A stretch of DNA of 64,000 bases, taken from the NCBI GenBank assembly GCA_948989975.1, contig CARHSH010000001.1, positions 82,906 through 146,905 on the forward strand, read 5' to 3'. This DNA is from an uncultured Lachnospiraceae bacterium (GTDB taxonomy: Bacteria; Bacillota; Clostridia; Lachnospirales; Lachnospiraceae). Numbering within the stretch: the first letter of the stretch is position 1; every line of letters begins with the position of its first letter. Shown piece by piece: positions 46,771 to 56,219 of this stretch. The translations under genes were made by a program, and so were the position numbers. Below the pieces are notes generated by a model that saw only the letters and a list, made by a program, of their open reading frames with translations, did no database searches and had not been told where the DNA came from.

Positions 46771-48798
46771 ATGAGCCGTAAAAAGAAAAAGAAAAAATAC
46801 CGTGTGTTTTGGTTTTTTGCAAAACTTCAGTTTGTTCTGATGCTTTTGGTAGCCGCCGCCCTAGGCTACTATTATTATGGAGGATATGCCGTACAGGTTC
46901 AGAAGATGAAAGCGGAAGCTGTGCGGTTTGTGCGCGGGTCGACAGAAGCCACGTTTTGCGTGGCTCAGACCAGCGTTGTGTATGACAAAGACGGAAATAC
47001 GATTTCAACGTTAAAAGGGGAAAAAGACGTTTACTATCTGCCATATGAGGATATTCCGTCTGATGCATGCGCCGCTATCGTAAGCATAGAAGATAAAAAA
47101 TTTTATCAGCATAATGGAATTGATTACCGGGCGATTTTCCGCGCGGCAAGAGCCGCGATTGAAAACGGAGAAGTGACACAGGGCGGGAGCACGATAACAC
47201 AGCAGCTTGCAAGGACGATTTTTTTGACACAGGATCGGACATGGCAGAGAAAAGTCGAGGAAATGTTTATTGCAACAGAGCTGGAAAAAAAGTACAGTAA
47301 AAATAAAATCCTAGAATTTTATCTGAATAATATATATTTTGGCAATGGTTATTATGGGATTCAGGCGGCGAGCAGAGGATACTTTAATGCAGACGTGAAT
47401 GACTTGGATTTGTCACAAATTGCGTTTTTATGCGCCATTCCCAATAATCCGACGCTTCATGACCCGCTGACGAATATGCAAAACACGTTAGGGCGCAGAG
47501 ACCGCATTCTTTTAAATATGTATGAAGACGGGAAAATTTCAAAAGGCGCGTACCTGATGGCAAAATCGGAGGAAATCACATTAAACCGGCCAGAGCATAC
47601 AAAAAATAACTATGTGGAGACGTATACATATTATTGCGCAATACGTCTGTTAATGGAACGGGAAGGCTTTGTTTTTCAGACAGAATTTAAAAATGACGAA
47701 GAAAAAAGCCTGTATGATACGCGTTATAGTGATTTGTATGCGGAATGCCAGAAAAAACTGTTTACAGCGGGCTACCGCATCTATACGTCAATGGATTTAA
47801 AATTACAGGAACTTCTTCAAAAGACAATAGATGAAAAACTCTCCGGTTTTACAGACGTAAATGAAGAAGGCGTATTTAAACTACAAGGAGCAGGCGTCTG
47901 CATAGAGAATGAGACAGGATATGTCAGGGCAATCGTCGGGGGCAGAAGCCAAGACTTTGCGGGATATACGTTAAACCGGGCATATCAAAGCTATAGGCAG
48001 CCAGGAAGCGCAATTAAGCCGATACTAGTGTATACGCCGGCGTTGGAACAGGAATATACGCCGGATTCGATTGTAGTGGACGAACCGATTGAAGAAGGCC
48101 CGTCGAATGCAGACGGAAGTTATAGTGGAGAGATGACGCTGCGTTCTGCGCTGGCCCGTTCGAAAAACACGATTGCATGGAAACTATTAGAGGAGATAAC
48201 GCCAAAAAAAGGACTCTCTTATTTAAAAGCAATGAAATTTTCGCGGATTGCAGACGAAGACGAGCGGCTTACGTCAGCTTTAGGAGGATTGACAAACGGA
48301 GTGTCCCCAGTCGAACTTACAGCGGCTTACGCAACGCTTGAAAACGACGGAAAATACCGCGCTCCAACCTGCATCATAAAAATTACAGATGCCGACGGCA
48401 ACGAAATTCTCTCCACTTCACAAGAAGAAACAAACATCTATAAAACAACTGCTGCCCGCATGGCGACGAATATGCTTGTTACGGCAATAACGGAAGGAAC
48501 CGGCAGAGGGCTTGGCGTAACGGGAATGCCGTCCGCAGGAAAAACAGGGACGACGAATGACAATAAAGACGGTTGGTTTGCAGGGTATACGCGTTATTAT
48601 ACGACAAGTGTCTGGGTCGGCTACGATATGCCGGAAAAACTTCCCGGTTTATCTGGATCTTCCTATCCGGGGGAGATATGGCGCAGTTTCATGGAAACCT
48701 GCCATGCCGGACTGCCGGCGCTTGAGTTTTTGCCTTATGTAGATGTGGAAATGGATTTGTACCAGAAGATACGGCAGGATGCCCTAGGAGAACAATAA
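46771..48798 (+). CDS. Class A penicillin-binding protein (transglycosylase/transpeptidase, PBP1A-like)
   Basis: N-terminal TM anchor; GT51 motifs (EDKKFYQHNGID, GGSTITQQLAR); transpeptidase SAIKP, SKN, KTGT. Confidence 0.85.
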   Translation: MSRKKKKKKYRVFWFFAKLQFVLMLLVAAALGYYYYGGYAVQVQKMKAEAVRFVRGSTEATFCVAQTSVVYDKDGNTISTLKGEKDVYYLPYEDIPSDACAAIVSIEDKKFYQHNGIDYRAIFRAARAAIENGEVTQGGSTITQQLARTIFLTQDRTWQRKVEEMFIATELEKKYSKNKILEFYLNNIYFGNGYYGIQAASRGYFNADVNDLDLSQIAFLCAIPNNPTLHDPLTNMQNTLGRRDRILLNMYEDGKISKGAYLMAKSEEITLNRPEHTKNNYVETYTYYCAIRLLMEREGFVFQTEFKNDEEKSLYDTRYSDLYAECQKKLFTAGYRIYTSMDLKLQELLQKTIDEKLSGFTDVNEEGVFKLQGAGVCIENETGYVRAIVGGRSQDFAGYTLNRAYQSYRQPGSAIKPILVYTPALEQEYTPDSIVVDEPIEEGPSNADGSYSGEMTLRSALARSKNTIAWKLLEEITPKKGLSYLKAMKFSRIADEDERLTSALGGLTNGVSPVELTAAYATLENDGKYRAPTCIIKITDADGNEILSTSQEETNIYKTTAARMATNMLVTAITEGTGRGLGVTGMPSAGKTGTTNDNKDGWFAGYTRYYTTSVWVGYDMPEKLPGLSGSSYPGEIWRSFMETCHAGLPALEFLPYVDVEMDLYQKIRQDALGEQ

Positions 48799-48806
48799 AT
48801 CCGAAC

Positions 48807-49036
48807 GCCAAACAGAGCGCCGGGTATTCTGTCGGCGAAGTGTTCAGGGATTAAGGAGTTCTAAAGTATCCCATGTTTTATGCCGGTGACGGACGAAACC
48901 GCTCTAAAAGCGCCGTCCATGGCGCATTAGAGCTTCCGCAGACATCGTGTCTGCGGATTTCTGTTTGTTGAAGGGATACTTAAGAACTCCTAAATCCCAT
49001 CACAAGGCGCCAACAGAATACCCGGCGCTCTGTTCG
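48807..49036. repeat. Palindromic module IR1 (two ~66-bp inverted arms around a ~100-bp loop that itself contains a perfect 9-bp hairpin)
   Basis: Arms CGCCAAACAGAGCGCCGGGTATTCTGTCGGCG...GGGATTAAGGAGTTCTAAAGTATCCC and its near-perfect reverse complement at 48973-49036. Loop hairpin CCGCAGACAtcgTGTCTGCGG. Confidence 0.85.
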
Positions 49037-49470
49037 TCTGGTAGTTGGGGGTGGAACGTATGAGAGAGTTGGAAGTTGAAGAAAGAAGAAAGTTACGCTT
49101 TCAAGTCCTAAAGTTCATTAAAGGCGCCAATAGGAAACCCGGCGCTCTGTTCGTTTGGTAGTTGGGGGTGGAACATATGAGAGAGTGGAAGTTGAAGAAA
49201 GAAGAAAGTTACGCTTTCAAGTCCTAAAATTCATTAAAGGCGCCAATAGGAAACCCTGCGTTTTGTTGGTCTGGTAGTTGGGTGTGGAACATATGAGAGA
49301 GTGGAAGTTGAAGAAAGAAAATATGTGCGCATTAAAGACCTAAATTCCATCAAAGGCGCCAATAGAAAACCCAGCTCTAAGTTGGTCTGGTAGTTGGAGG
49401 CTGGAACGTATGATAAGGCGCTGATAGAATCTACGGCGCTCAGTTTGTCTGGTAGTAGTTAGGGAGTGAA
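49004..49470. repeat. Four tandem direct repeats of ~116 bp (copies 1-3 ~85-90% identical, copy 4 degenerate)
   Basis: Unit: AAAGGCGCCAATAGGAAACCCGGCGCTCTGTTCGTTTGGTAGTTGGGGGTGGAACATATGAGAGAGTGGAAGTTGAAGAAAGAAGAAAGTTACGCTTTCAAGTCCTAAAATTCATT. Unit starts at 49004, 49120, 49236, 49352. Confidence 0.85.
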
Positions 49471-49611
49471 ACGTATGAAAACGTGGCGATTTTTAAAGAG
49501 GTGAAAAGTTAAACAAAAATCCTAAAAACCTACACATCTATATTTATGTAGATATACCAAAACAAAAAGAAACAAAGCCAAAACCCTATCGGGCAGCCAG
49601 TAACGTAGTCA

Positions 49612-49824
49612 GGGGGTGGCGCTTGGCGGGTGGCGTTATGATTGGATTTAGAACTTCTTAACAGTCACATTTCGATTCAGGAATCCGCGAACAGGACGTT
49701 CGCGGAAGCTCCATTCACGCCATGGACGGCGTGTATGGAGCGGTTCCGTCCGTATTCAAGATAGCTGCGGGACTGTTTAGAAGTTCTTAATCCATGAATA
49801 AGTCACCCGCCAAGCGCCACCCCA
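49612..49824. repeat. Palindromic module IR2, an inverted (reverse-complement) copy of the IR1 module
   Basis: Arms GGGGGTGGCGCTTGGCGGGTG...GAACTTCTTAACAGTC and complement at 49763-49824. The loop's reverse complement aligns to the IR1 loop (ACGGACG-AACCGCTC...CGCCGTCCATGGCG...GAGCTTCCGC...GCGGATT). Confidence 0.8.
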
Positions 49825-49852
49825 TGACGGACACATTTATTTAATTATGGAT

Positions 49853-49881
49853 TGACATTAACCCCCCACAATTTTATACTT
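49853..49881 (+). promoter_or_regulatory. Sigma-A promoter TTGACA-N17-TATACT for glcK
   Basis: ttgacattaaccccccacaattttatact. The spacer contains a C6 run. Confidence 0.55.
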
Positions 49882-49914
49882 AAAGTCAGAATAAAAGAAA
49901 AGGAGAAGGCATAT

Positions 49915-50853
49915 ATGAAAAAATATGGTTTTGGCGTAGACATTGGCGGGACGACCTGTAAGATTGGACTGTTCGAGACGACAGGGGGGCTTGTGGAAAA
50001 ATGGGAAATTCCCACAAGAAAAGAAAATAATGGAGAAAATATCCTTCCGGACGTTGCGGCGTTTATAACGGCGAAAATGGTGGAAAAGGATATTTTAAAA
50101 GGAGACATTCAGGGAATTGGAATTGGGGTTCCGGGGCCTGTGACTGGGGAAGGCGTTGTATTAAAATGCGTCAACTTGGGCTGGGATGTGATTAATGTTG
50201 CAAAGGATATGGAAGAACGGACGGGCTTTACCGTAAAAGTCGGCAATGACGCAAATGTGGCTGCGCTTGGCGAAATGTGGCAGGGCGGCGGCAAAGGATA
50301 TACGAATGTTGTAATGATTACGCTTGGGACCGGAGTGGGCGGCGGCGTAATCGTTGATGGAAAAGTTGTCAGTGGAAATAAAGGAGCCGGCGGGGAAATC
50401 GGGCATATTATTGTCAATGAGAATGAGACGGAATCTTGTGGATGTGGACAGAAAGGCTGTTTGGAGCAGTATGCATCCGCAACTGGGATTGTCCATATGG
50501 CAGAGCGTAAGTTAGAGGAATCGGAGAAGAAAAGCCAGCTTCGTGAGATTAAGCCGTTGACGGCAAAAGATATTTTTGACGCGGCAAAAGGGGGCGACGC
50601 CTTAGCCGATGAAATTGTGGAAGATATGACTAAGATATTAGGCGGGGCGCTTGCAAATGTTGCCCGTGTCGTAAATCCTGAGACTTTTGTAATTGGCGGC
50701 GGCGTGTCGAAAGCAGGCAGCATTATTACGGAGCGTGTCAAAAAATACTATGACGCCAAGTCGTTTAATGCGTGTCTGGACGCTCATTTTGACCTTGCAA
50801 CTTTGGGAAATGATGCAGGAATTTACGGTTGTGTGCGTATGATTTTAGAATAA
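49915..50853 (+). CDS. glcK: ROK-family glucokinase
   Basis: GFGVDIGGTTCKIGLFE; ROK Cys motif ...CGCGQKGCLEQYAS. RBS AAGGAGAAGG. Confidence 0.85.
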   Translation: MKKYGFGVDIGGTTCKIGLFETTGGLVEKWEIPTRKENNGENILPDVAAFITAKMVEKDILKGDIQGIGIGVPGPVTGEGVVLKCVNLGWDVINVAKDMEERTGFTVKVGNDANVAALGEMWQGGGKGYTNVVMITLGTGVGGGVIVDGKVVSGNKGAGGEIGHIIVNENETESCGCGQKGCLEQYASATGIVHMAERKLEESEKKSQLREIKPLTAKDIFDAAKGGDALADEIVEDMTKILGGALANVARVVNPETFVIGGGVSKAGSIITERVKKYYDAKSFNACLDAHFDLATLGNDAGIYGCVRMILE

Positions 50854-50862
50854 AGACAGATA

Positions 50863-50907
50863 CGACGTGAGCCAACGGCAGTTCGTTTGGCGCACGTCGT
50901 TTTTTTA
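50863..50907. terminator. Bidirectional intrinsic terminator between glcK (+) and the convergent minus-strand gene
   Basis: ACGACGTGagccaacggcagttcgtttggcgCACGTCGT followed by TTTTTTT. The minus-strand stop (TAA) at 50905-50907 overlaps the T-tract. Confidence 0.65.
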
Positions 50908-52119
50908 GACAGTTGTATTTCGTCCATTGACGATTGCGTGTTCATTTTCTTCCATAGGAATAACGATACATTTTCTTCCATTAATGATTTGGGATTGGAT
51001 TTGCTGTTCTTTTTCCGGTTTTACACGCAGGATTACGTCGTATGTTTTTGTGTTTCCAAGCTGTTCTTCTAGGGCGGCAACCTTTTTTACTAAGTCTTTC
51101 TGCTGGCGGAGTTTGGAGCCGGCAAGGGCGGCTTTGCTGTCCATTAGGTTTTCTAAAAGGGGCGTTTCGTCTTGAAATTCTTCACGGTAAGAAGAAGCGA
51201 TGACTTCTGCGGCTGTCTTTGGCATATCGGATTCTTCCATTAGTTTTCCAATGTCATCTGCGCTTAAGCGCGCCGGATCTTTTTGCGTTGCGTCTTCGTC
51301 TGGCTCTTGCCCTGCGGCAAAGTCTGAGAGTTCCTGCTGGATTTCATTAAAGGCTTCCGTGGATTTTTCCTCATCGCCGCCAAAGGCTTTCTGGACAATC
51401 GACTGAAACGCTTGTTTTTGTTCGGCGGCAGTGCGTCTTGCAACACAGCCTAAAGCGCCTTCCATGAATTCTGTATGCGGTTCTTTCGGGTTTTTATGAT
51501 AGGTCATTACTGCATGGATATCTGAACTTCTGTCGGTAAATGCCGGAAATAGAAAGCCGCTTTCCGGCGCGCCAACAACCCAGTCGCGGACTCTTGCGCC
51601 AATGCGGTTTTCGTCCGAGCGGTACCCAAGCGCAGGCTTGCTTAAGCTGACCGGGCAAATGGCGCAGAGCAGATATTCATAGACTTCTTCGGATTCGTCC
51701 AGACTGTTTTTGTCTTTTGTCTTTATGATGATGTCATATGCATCATGAAAAATCAAAATAAGGTAATTTCCGGCATATTCGTAATTGTCAATGATTAAAT
51801 CGTAGAACCGCTCTAAGAGATCCGGATTTTTCAGCGCGCTGCTTTTTAATGCGGAGAGAAAATGCTGCCGTCCCCCGACGGCTTCTTCTTCCAGTGGAAA
51901 TTCCAGTTCTAAAAGCTGGTTTCCAATTACGCCGGAGAGGGCTTTTCTTGCAATTTCCAAATATTTGTAAAATTCTTCTTCGTCTAAATTGAGAAAAGTT
52001 TCTTCCAGCTTTACAATTCGGTTTCGTTCTCCGTCAACGTAACAGCCACACATGCGTGTAAAGGTGCAGGCGTCTTTTTTCAGACGGCGTTTAAGTTCTA
52101 ATACTTCTGATTTATTCAT
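50905..52119 (-). CDS. Conserved hypothetical protein (DUF4317-like)
   Basis: N-terminus MNKSEVLELKRRLKKDACTFTRMCGCYVD. Strong RBS GGAGG 8 nt upstream of ATG 52119. Confidence 0.5.
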   Translation of the reverse strand: MNKSEVLELKRRLKKDACTFTRMCGCYVDGERNRIVKLEETFLNLDEEEFYKYLEIARKALSGVIGNQLLELEFPLEEEAVGGRQHFLSALKSSALKNPDLLERFYDLIIDNYEYAGNYLILIFHDAYDIIIKTKDKNSLDESEEVYEYLLCAICPVSLSKPALGYRSDENRIGARVRDWVVGAPESGFLFPAFTDRSSDIHAVMTYHKNPKEPHTEFMEGALGCVARRTAAEQKQAFQSIVQKAFGGDEEKSTEAFNEIQQELSDFAAGQEPDEDATQKDPARLSADDIGKLMEESDMPKTAAEVIASSYREEFQDETPLLENLMDSKAALAGSKLRQQKDLVKKVAALEEQLGNTKTYDVILRVKPEKEQQIQSQIINGRKCIVIPMEENEHAIVNGRNTTV

Positions 52120-52124
52120 AAGAT

Positions 52125-52793
52125 TTACCTCCAAGCCGATTTATTTTTATTGCGTATGATTTTATTAATATCTTCCTGTCTGCCAATGACAATCAGGTTT
52201 TCCCCGTTTTGGAAGACATAATCTGCGTTCGGCATGATTTTTGTCTGGTCGTCGACTTTTACCCCGATAATGCTTAAGTGGTATTTTGTGCGGAAATTTA
52301 CTTCAAGAATCGTTTTGCCGATCCATTCTTTTAGCGGAGAAATTTCACATATGGAATATCCGTCCGTCAGGTTAAAATAATCCAGAATACTGTCTGAGCT
52401 TAACTGAACGGCAAGTTTTTCTGCGATGTCCCGATCCGGAAAGATCACTTTGTCCGCTCCGTTACGCAACAGGAATTTGGCGTACAAGTCCCGGTTTGCT
52501 TTGCTGACCACCCGTTTGGCTCCTAAGTCTTTTAATTGGCTTGTGATTTCAAGGCTGTCTTGAAAAGAATCCCCGATACATACGACGCAGATGTCGAAAT
52601 TCGAAACGCCAAGGCTTTCAAGCACTTTTGCATTTGCGCAGTCGCCTATTTTTGCGCTTGTGACATAAGGAAGCAGGTCTTCTAACTGTTCTTCGCATTT
52701 ATCTACAATCATAATCTCATTATTTAATTTTGATAAATTCATACATAAATGAGAGCCGAAATGGCCTGTCCCGATAATTAATATGGATTTCAT
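52125..52793 (-). CDS. ktrA: K+ uptake system regulatory subunit (RCK/TrkA-N domain, KtrA-like)
   Basis: ILIIGTGHFGSHL Rossmann; 222 aa. Confidence 0.8.
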   Translation of the reverse strand: MKSILIIGTGHFGSHLCMNLSKLNNEIMIVDKCEEQLEDLLPYVTSAKIGDCANAKVLESLGVSNFDICVVCIGDSFQDSLEITSQLKDLGAKRVVSKANRDLYAKFLLRNGADKVIFPDRDIAEKLAVQLSSDSILDYFNLTDGYSICEISPLKEWIGKTILEVNFRTKYHLSIIGVKVDDQTKIMPNADYVFQNGENLIVIGRQEDINKIIRNKNKSAWR

Positions 52794-52821
52794 AATGGTT
52801 CCTCCTGAAACTAAAATTTGG

Positions 52822-54165
52822 TCAGCCGACGTTTATTTTTTCAGCGGGCTGCATAATATGCGCGATTTTCTTTTTGTCTGTAAAGGACATGGCAAAAGAT
52901 AAGCTTCCGACACGGCCTAAATACATCAGCAAGATAAGGATTAGCAGGGCGGGCGTTTGAAGCTGTGTCGTCAGTCCGGCGGACATGCCGACTGTCCCGA
53001 TTGCAGAAAACACTTCCAGCAAAACGTCTATGCCGTTTAAGTTTTGCAGCGCGCAGATAGCAATCGCGGATAGTGTGGCAAGCGTTAAGTTTGTACAAAA
53101 AATAGCGGAAGATTTTCGGAGCGCATCGTCTTCAATGCGTCTGCCAAATACATTATAGCCGACGGAACGCGTCAGGTTTGCTTTGATGTAGATAAAAAGC
53201 GCGACAACGGAAGTGACTTTAACCCCGCCTGCCGTAGATCCGGAGCCTCCGCCGATAAACATTAGGACAATCGTAAGCAGTTTTCCGGCTTGCGTCATGT
53301 CGCTTACTTCAATCGAGTTAAATCCCGCAGTCCTTGGCGTTACGGCGCAGAACATGGAATTTAACAGTTTTTCCGTCTGTGTCATGTTGGCAAACAGATT
53401 GTTGCGTTCCATAAAATAAAAAGCGGCTGCGCCGCAAAAAAGCAGCGCCGCAGTAGCGGTAAGGACAATTTTAGTATGCAGGGAGTAATGGCGGAACTTT
53501 AGCCTGTGTTCATATAAATCGTTCCAGACATAGAAACCTATGCCGCCAATTATGATTAAGAGCATAATTGTAATCATCACGACTGGATTGCTGTGATAGC
53601 CAGTCAGGGACGAGAAGGGGGAATATTTTCCCATTAAGTCAAACCCTGCGTTGCAAAATGCGGAAACGGAGTGGAAGATACCATAATAAATTCCGGCCGC
53701 GACTCCGGTTTTTGGAATAAAACATAAAGAAAGTATGGCAGCTCCGGTTAGTTCAAACAGGAGCGTTCCTATAAGGATGCGTTTCGTCAGACGCACTAAG
53801 CCCCTTAGTTCAATGACATTAAAACTTTCCCGTAACAGACCCCGTTCGCTAAGGCCGATTTTCTTTCGGAGAATCATAGAGACGGAGATGCCAAGAGTGA
53901 TAAATCCAAGACCGCCGATTTGGATTAAGAATAAAAGCACAACCTGCCCAAATATCGTCCAGTGCGTAAAGGTGTCTGCGACAATCAGGCCGGTTACGCA
54001 TGTGGCGCTGGCAGATGTGAATAACGCTGTTAAAAAGGAGGTGTGTTCTCCGGATTTTGTTGCGAACGGAAGCATTAAAAGGAAGGCGCCTATAAAAATG
54101 ATAATGCAAAAGCCGCCTGCGATAAGCTGCATTCCTGACAGCCGTTTGGCTATTTTTGATAACAT
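52822..54165 (-). CDS. ktrB: K+ transporter membrane subunit (TrkH/KtrB family)
   Basis: 447 aa polytopic protein with repeated selectivity-filter-like GFxT/GxG segments (CVTGLIV, CNAGFD, TAGF, GTVGMSAGLT). Confidence 0.8.
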   Translation of the reverse strand: MLSKIAKRLSGMQLIAGGFCIIIFIGAFLLMLPFATKSGEHTSFLTALFTSASATCVTGLIVADTFTHWTIFGQVVLLFLIQIGGLGFITLGISVSMILRKKIGLSERGLLRESFNVIELRGLVRLTKRILIGTLLFELTGAAILSLCFIPKTGVAAGIYYGIFHSVSAFCNAGFDLMGKYSPFSSLTGYHSNPVVMITIMLLIIIGGIGFYVWNDLYEHRLKFRHYSLHTKIVLTATAALLFCGAAAFYFMERNNLFANMTQTEKLLNSMFCAVTPRTAGFNSIEVSDMTQAGKLLTIVLMFIGGGSGSTAGGVKVTSVVALFIYIKANLTRSVGYNVFGRRIEDDALRKSSAIFCTNLTLATLSAIAICALQNLNGIDVLLEVFSAIGTVGMSAGLTTQLQTPALLILILLMYLGRVGSLSFAMSFTDKKKIAHIMQPAEKINVG

Positions 54166-54263
54166 GATATTTTTTCCTTTCTGAAAGGCTTCCCCTTATT
54201 TTAGGAATAGTTTTTGCATCTGTCAAGACGGATGCCGTTTAAAGTTTCATTTGGCAGAGGATT

Positions 54264-55010
54264 TTACTGTTTATGGGATTGATTGTGCTTTTTATCGTGG
54301 TGGTGGCAGCGGGTTTCTTTGGAAGGAGCGTTTTCGCCGTCCGTGGTTTCGTTCTGCTCATGCTCGCAGGTAAGCTCATGGATTGTGGAAATATCCATAT
54401 GTTTACAGTCTTCAGGCGTGACGCCGCTGTCATATTGGCTTAATTGGAGGTATGCGTAATACTTGCCGAAAGAAAGTCCGTAACTGTGCGCGTCCTCTAC
54501 GATTTCTATATCAGCGCGGATATGCTGGCATTCATGGCTTAGGTGGTTCGAACAGGCTTTCATTCTCCGGTTTAAGCCCCGTTGCGTTTTTTCCTCAGCA
54601 ACCGTTAAAACAAGCTCCGCTTCATCAGATAAAAAGGTTTGCATCGTTTCATTTTCAATAATTTCATGGACAGCCGTTGTGTCGCGTTTTCCTTTTAAGG
54701 AAAGAGTTTCTAATATTTTTCTGCCTTCCGCATTGAATGCCGTTGCAGAAACGACGCGGCCAAAGCGGTTTAAGGAAAGTTCTATAGAGGGATTGACGTC
54801 AATGCTGATATATGAGACGGGCGTTTTTGTCCATGAATATCCTGTAATTCCGATGGCCAGAAGCAGCGCAGCGCAGGCGGCGGCAAATGTCTTTTGGAAA
54901 CGTGTCCGCTTTTTTTTCTGATTGTTTTCTGTAATAAATTGCTTCGTTGATTCAATTAAATGTTCGTCTGCTTTTATGTGGTCAAATGCGTCGCGTATGT
55001 CATTCGCCAA
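54264..55010 (-). CDS. Membrane anti-sigma factor with His-rich C-terminal tail
   Basis: Single TM segment (AAACAALLLAIGITGYSW). Tail CHHHDKKHNQSHKQ. TTG start overlaps the sigma gene end. Confidence 0.55.
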   Translation of the reverse strand: MANDIRDAFDHIKADEHLIESTKQFITENNQKKKRTRFQKTFAAACAALLLAIGITGYSWTKTPVSYISIDVNPSIELSLNRFGRVVSATAFNAEGRKILETLSLKGKRDTTAVHEIIENETMQTFLSDEAELVLTVAEEKTQRGLNRRMKACSNHLSHECQHIRADIEIVEDAHSYGLSFGKYYAYLQLSQYDSGVTPEDCKHMDISTIHELTCEHEQNETTDGENAPSKETRCHHHDKKHNQSHKQ

Positions 55011-55527
55011 TTCCTTCCCCTCCCGTCTTTTCTTGATAATATTTTGCCGCTGAAGGGCAGTCTTTTAAACAGTCTTTTAACAGCCGCCGCCCTCTTGATA
55101 ATAAGGAATAAACCGTATTTTCTTTTTTTCCAAGAATGGCTCCGATTTCAGCGGCGGAATATCCTTCATAATAGTGCAGGTAGATCGGATTTTTATATTT
55201 TTCCGGCAAAGAAAGCACAGCTTCTAATACGTCCCTAAAATCTTCCGGAATCTCGGCTTCCAGTTCCGTTATCGTTTCCAAAGGAAGGGTATTTCGGCGG
55301 AAAAAGTTTCTCAAGTCGTCTTTGCAGGCGTTAATGGCAACACGCAGAAGCCATGCTTTTTCATGTTCGCTGTCACGAAAAGGCGCATCATACATCATAT
55401 ATTTCATAAATACTTTTTGGAACACATCTTCCGTGTCTTCACGGTTTTTCAGATAATAAAAGCAGATACGCCGCACCATGTCCGCATAGGTTTCCACTGC
55501 GCGGCATACCTCTTGTTCGCTTCGCAT
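55000..55527 (-). CDS. ECF-type RNA polymerase sigma-70 factor
   Basis: Region 2 (FQKVFMKYM...WLLRVAINACKD) and region 4 HTH (YSAAEIGAILGKKENTVYSLLSRGR). Confidence 0.8.
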   Translation of the reverse strand: MRSEQEVCRAVETYADMVRRICFYYLKNREDTEDVFQKVFMKYMMYDAPFRDSEHEKAWLLRVAINACKDDLRNFFRRNTLPLETITELEAEIPEDFRDVLEAVLSLPEKYKNPIYLHYYEGYSAAEIGAILGKKENTVYSLLSRGRRLLKDCLKDCPSAAKYYQEKTGGEGIGE

Positions 55528-55675
55528 CGTAATCCCCACCTTCCCGCAAACGGTAAAAAAAGAAACCCTCTCTTGCCATAGTATACCTTTTTACTGCAAA
55601 TCACAAAAAAAAAGGCAATGATGGAAAAATTTAATTCCATACACCGCCTTTTACGCTAAAATAGCTGTCTGAAAC

Positions 55676-56038
55676 TTAATGATGTTTAGAAGTATGATGT
55701 TTTTTCCCATTTGCATGGGTGGTGTGATGTTTTGTACAGTATTTTTTGCAGTTTGTTTTCTTTTTGTGGTATTTATCGTGATATTCGCAGTAGGCGCCTT
55801 TCTTTTTGGTCTGTCCATAGTATTTGCAGTTTGCGCCCTGTTTATGGTTTTTTTCGTGGTAAGCGCAGTAAGTCCCCTGCTGGCTGTTGTTGGACGTGTT
55901 GGAATAGCAGCCGGAATTGTTGTGGTGATTTCCGCCCGAATGGCCATGCGCCCAAACAGGCGCTGCAAAACTGCCTGAGAGCAAAACTGACGCGAATAAA
56001 ACGAGAACTGCTTTTTTTAGGTTCCGAAAAGATTTCAT
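55676..56038 (-). CDS. Secreted His/Cys/Tyr/Lys-rich small protein (putative metal-binding)
   Basis: Signal peptide MKSFRNLKKAVLVLFASVLLSGSFAAPVWA. Mature ~90 aa with imperfect repeats GTYCAYHEKNHKQ / GAYCEYHDKYHKK / NCKKYCTKHH and His-rich ends. RBS AGGAGG. Confidence 0.6.
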   Translation of the reverse strand: MKSFRNLKKAVLVLFASVLLSGSFAAPVWAHGHSGGNHHNNSGCYSNTSNNSQQGTYCAYHEKNHKQGANCKYYGQTKKKGAYCEYHDKYHKKKTNCKKYCTKHHTTHANGKKHHTSKHH

Positions 56039-56219
56039 TTGTCTCCTCCTTTTGATTTTGATGCTGTTTTTTCCTCTACATAAGTAATACGATTGAAAAA
56101 GAAAAATCCTTGCAAAAAAATCAATCGCTATTAAAATTTTGGAATCTGCGCTATACTGAATAAAAGAACTCTCCTTTTCAAATACTGATAGGAAAAACAG
56201 ACCAGAGGGAAAGGGGATT

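Noticed and set aside
49004-49470. Possible CRISPR array suggested by regular repeats
   Set aside because: Units are ~116 bp and are whole-unit tandem duplications with no short conserved repeat alternating with unique spacers; no cas genes nearby.
50109-50741. 210-aa minus-strand ORF, Pro/Ser/Thr-rich
   Set aside because: Antisense to glcK, which has strong ROK motifs; no RBS.
55679-56055. Two overlapping plus-strand ORFs (99 and 114 aa)
   Set aside because: They are antisense to the His/Cys-rich secreted protein gene, which has a strong RBS and signal peptide. Their hydrophobic low-complexity translations are mirror artefacts of the His/Lys codon repeats.
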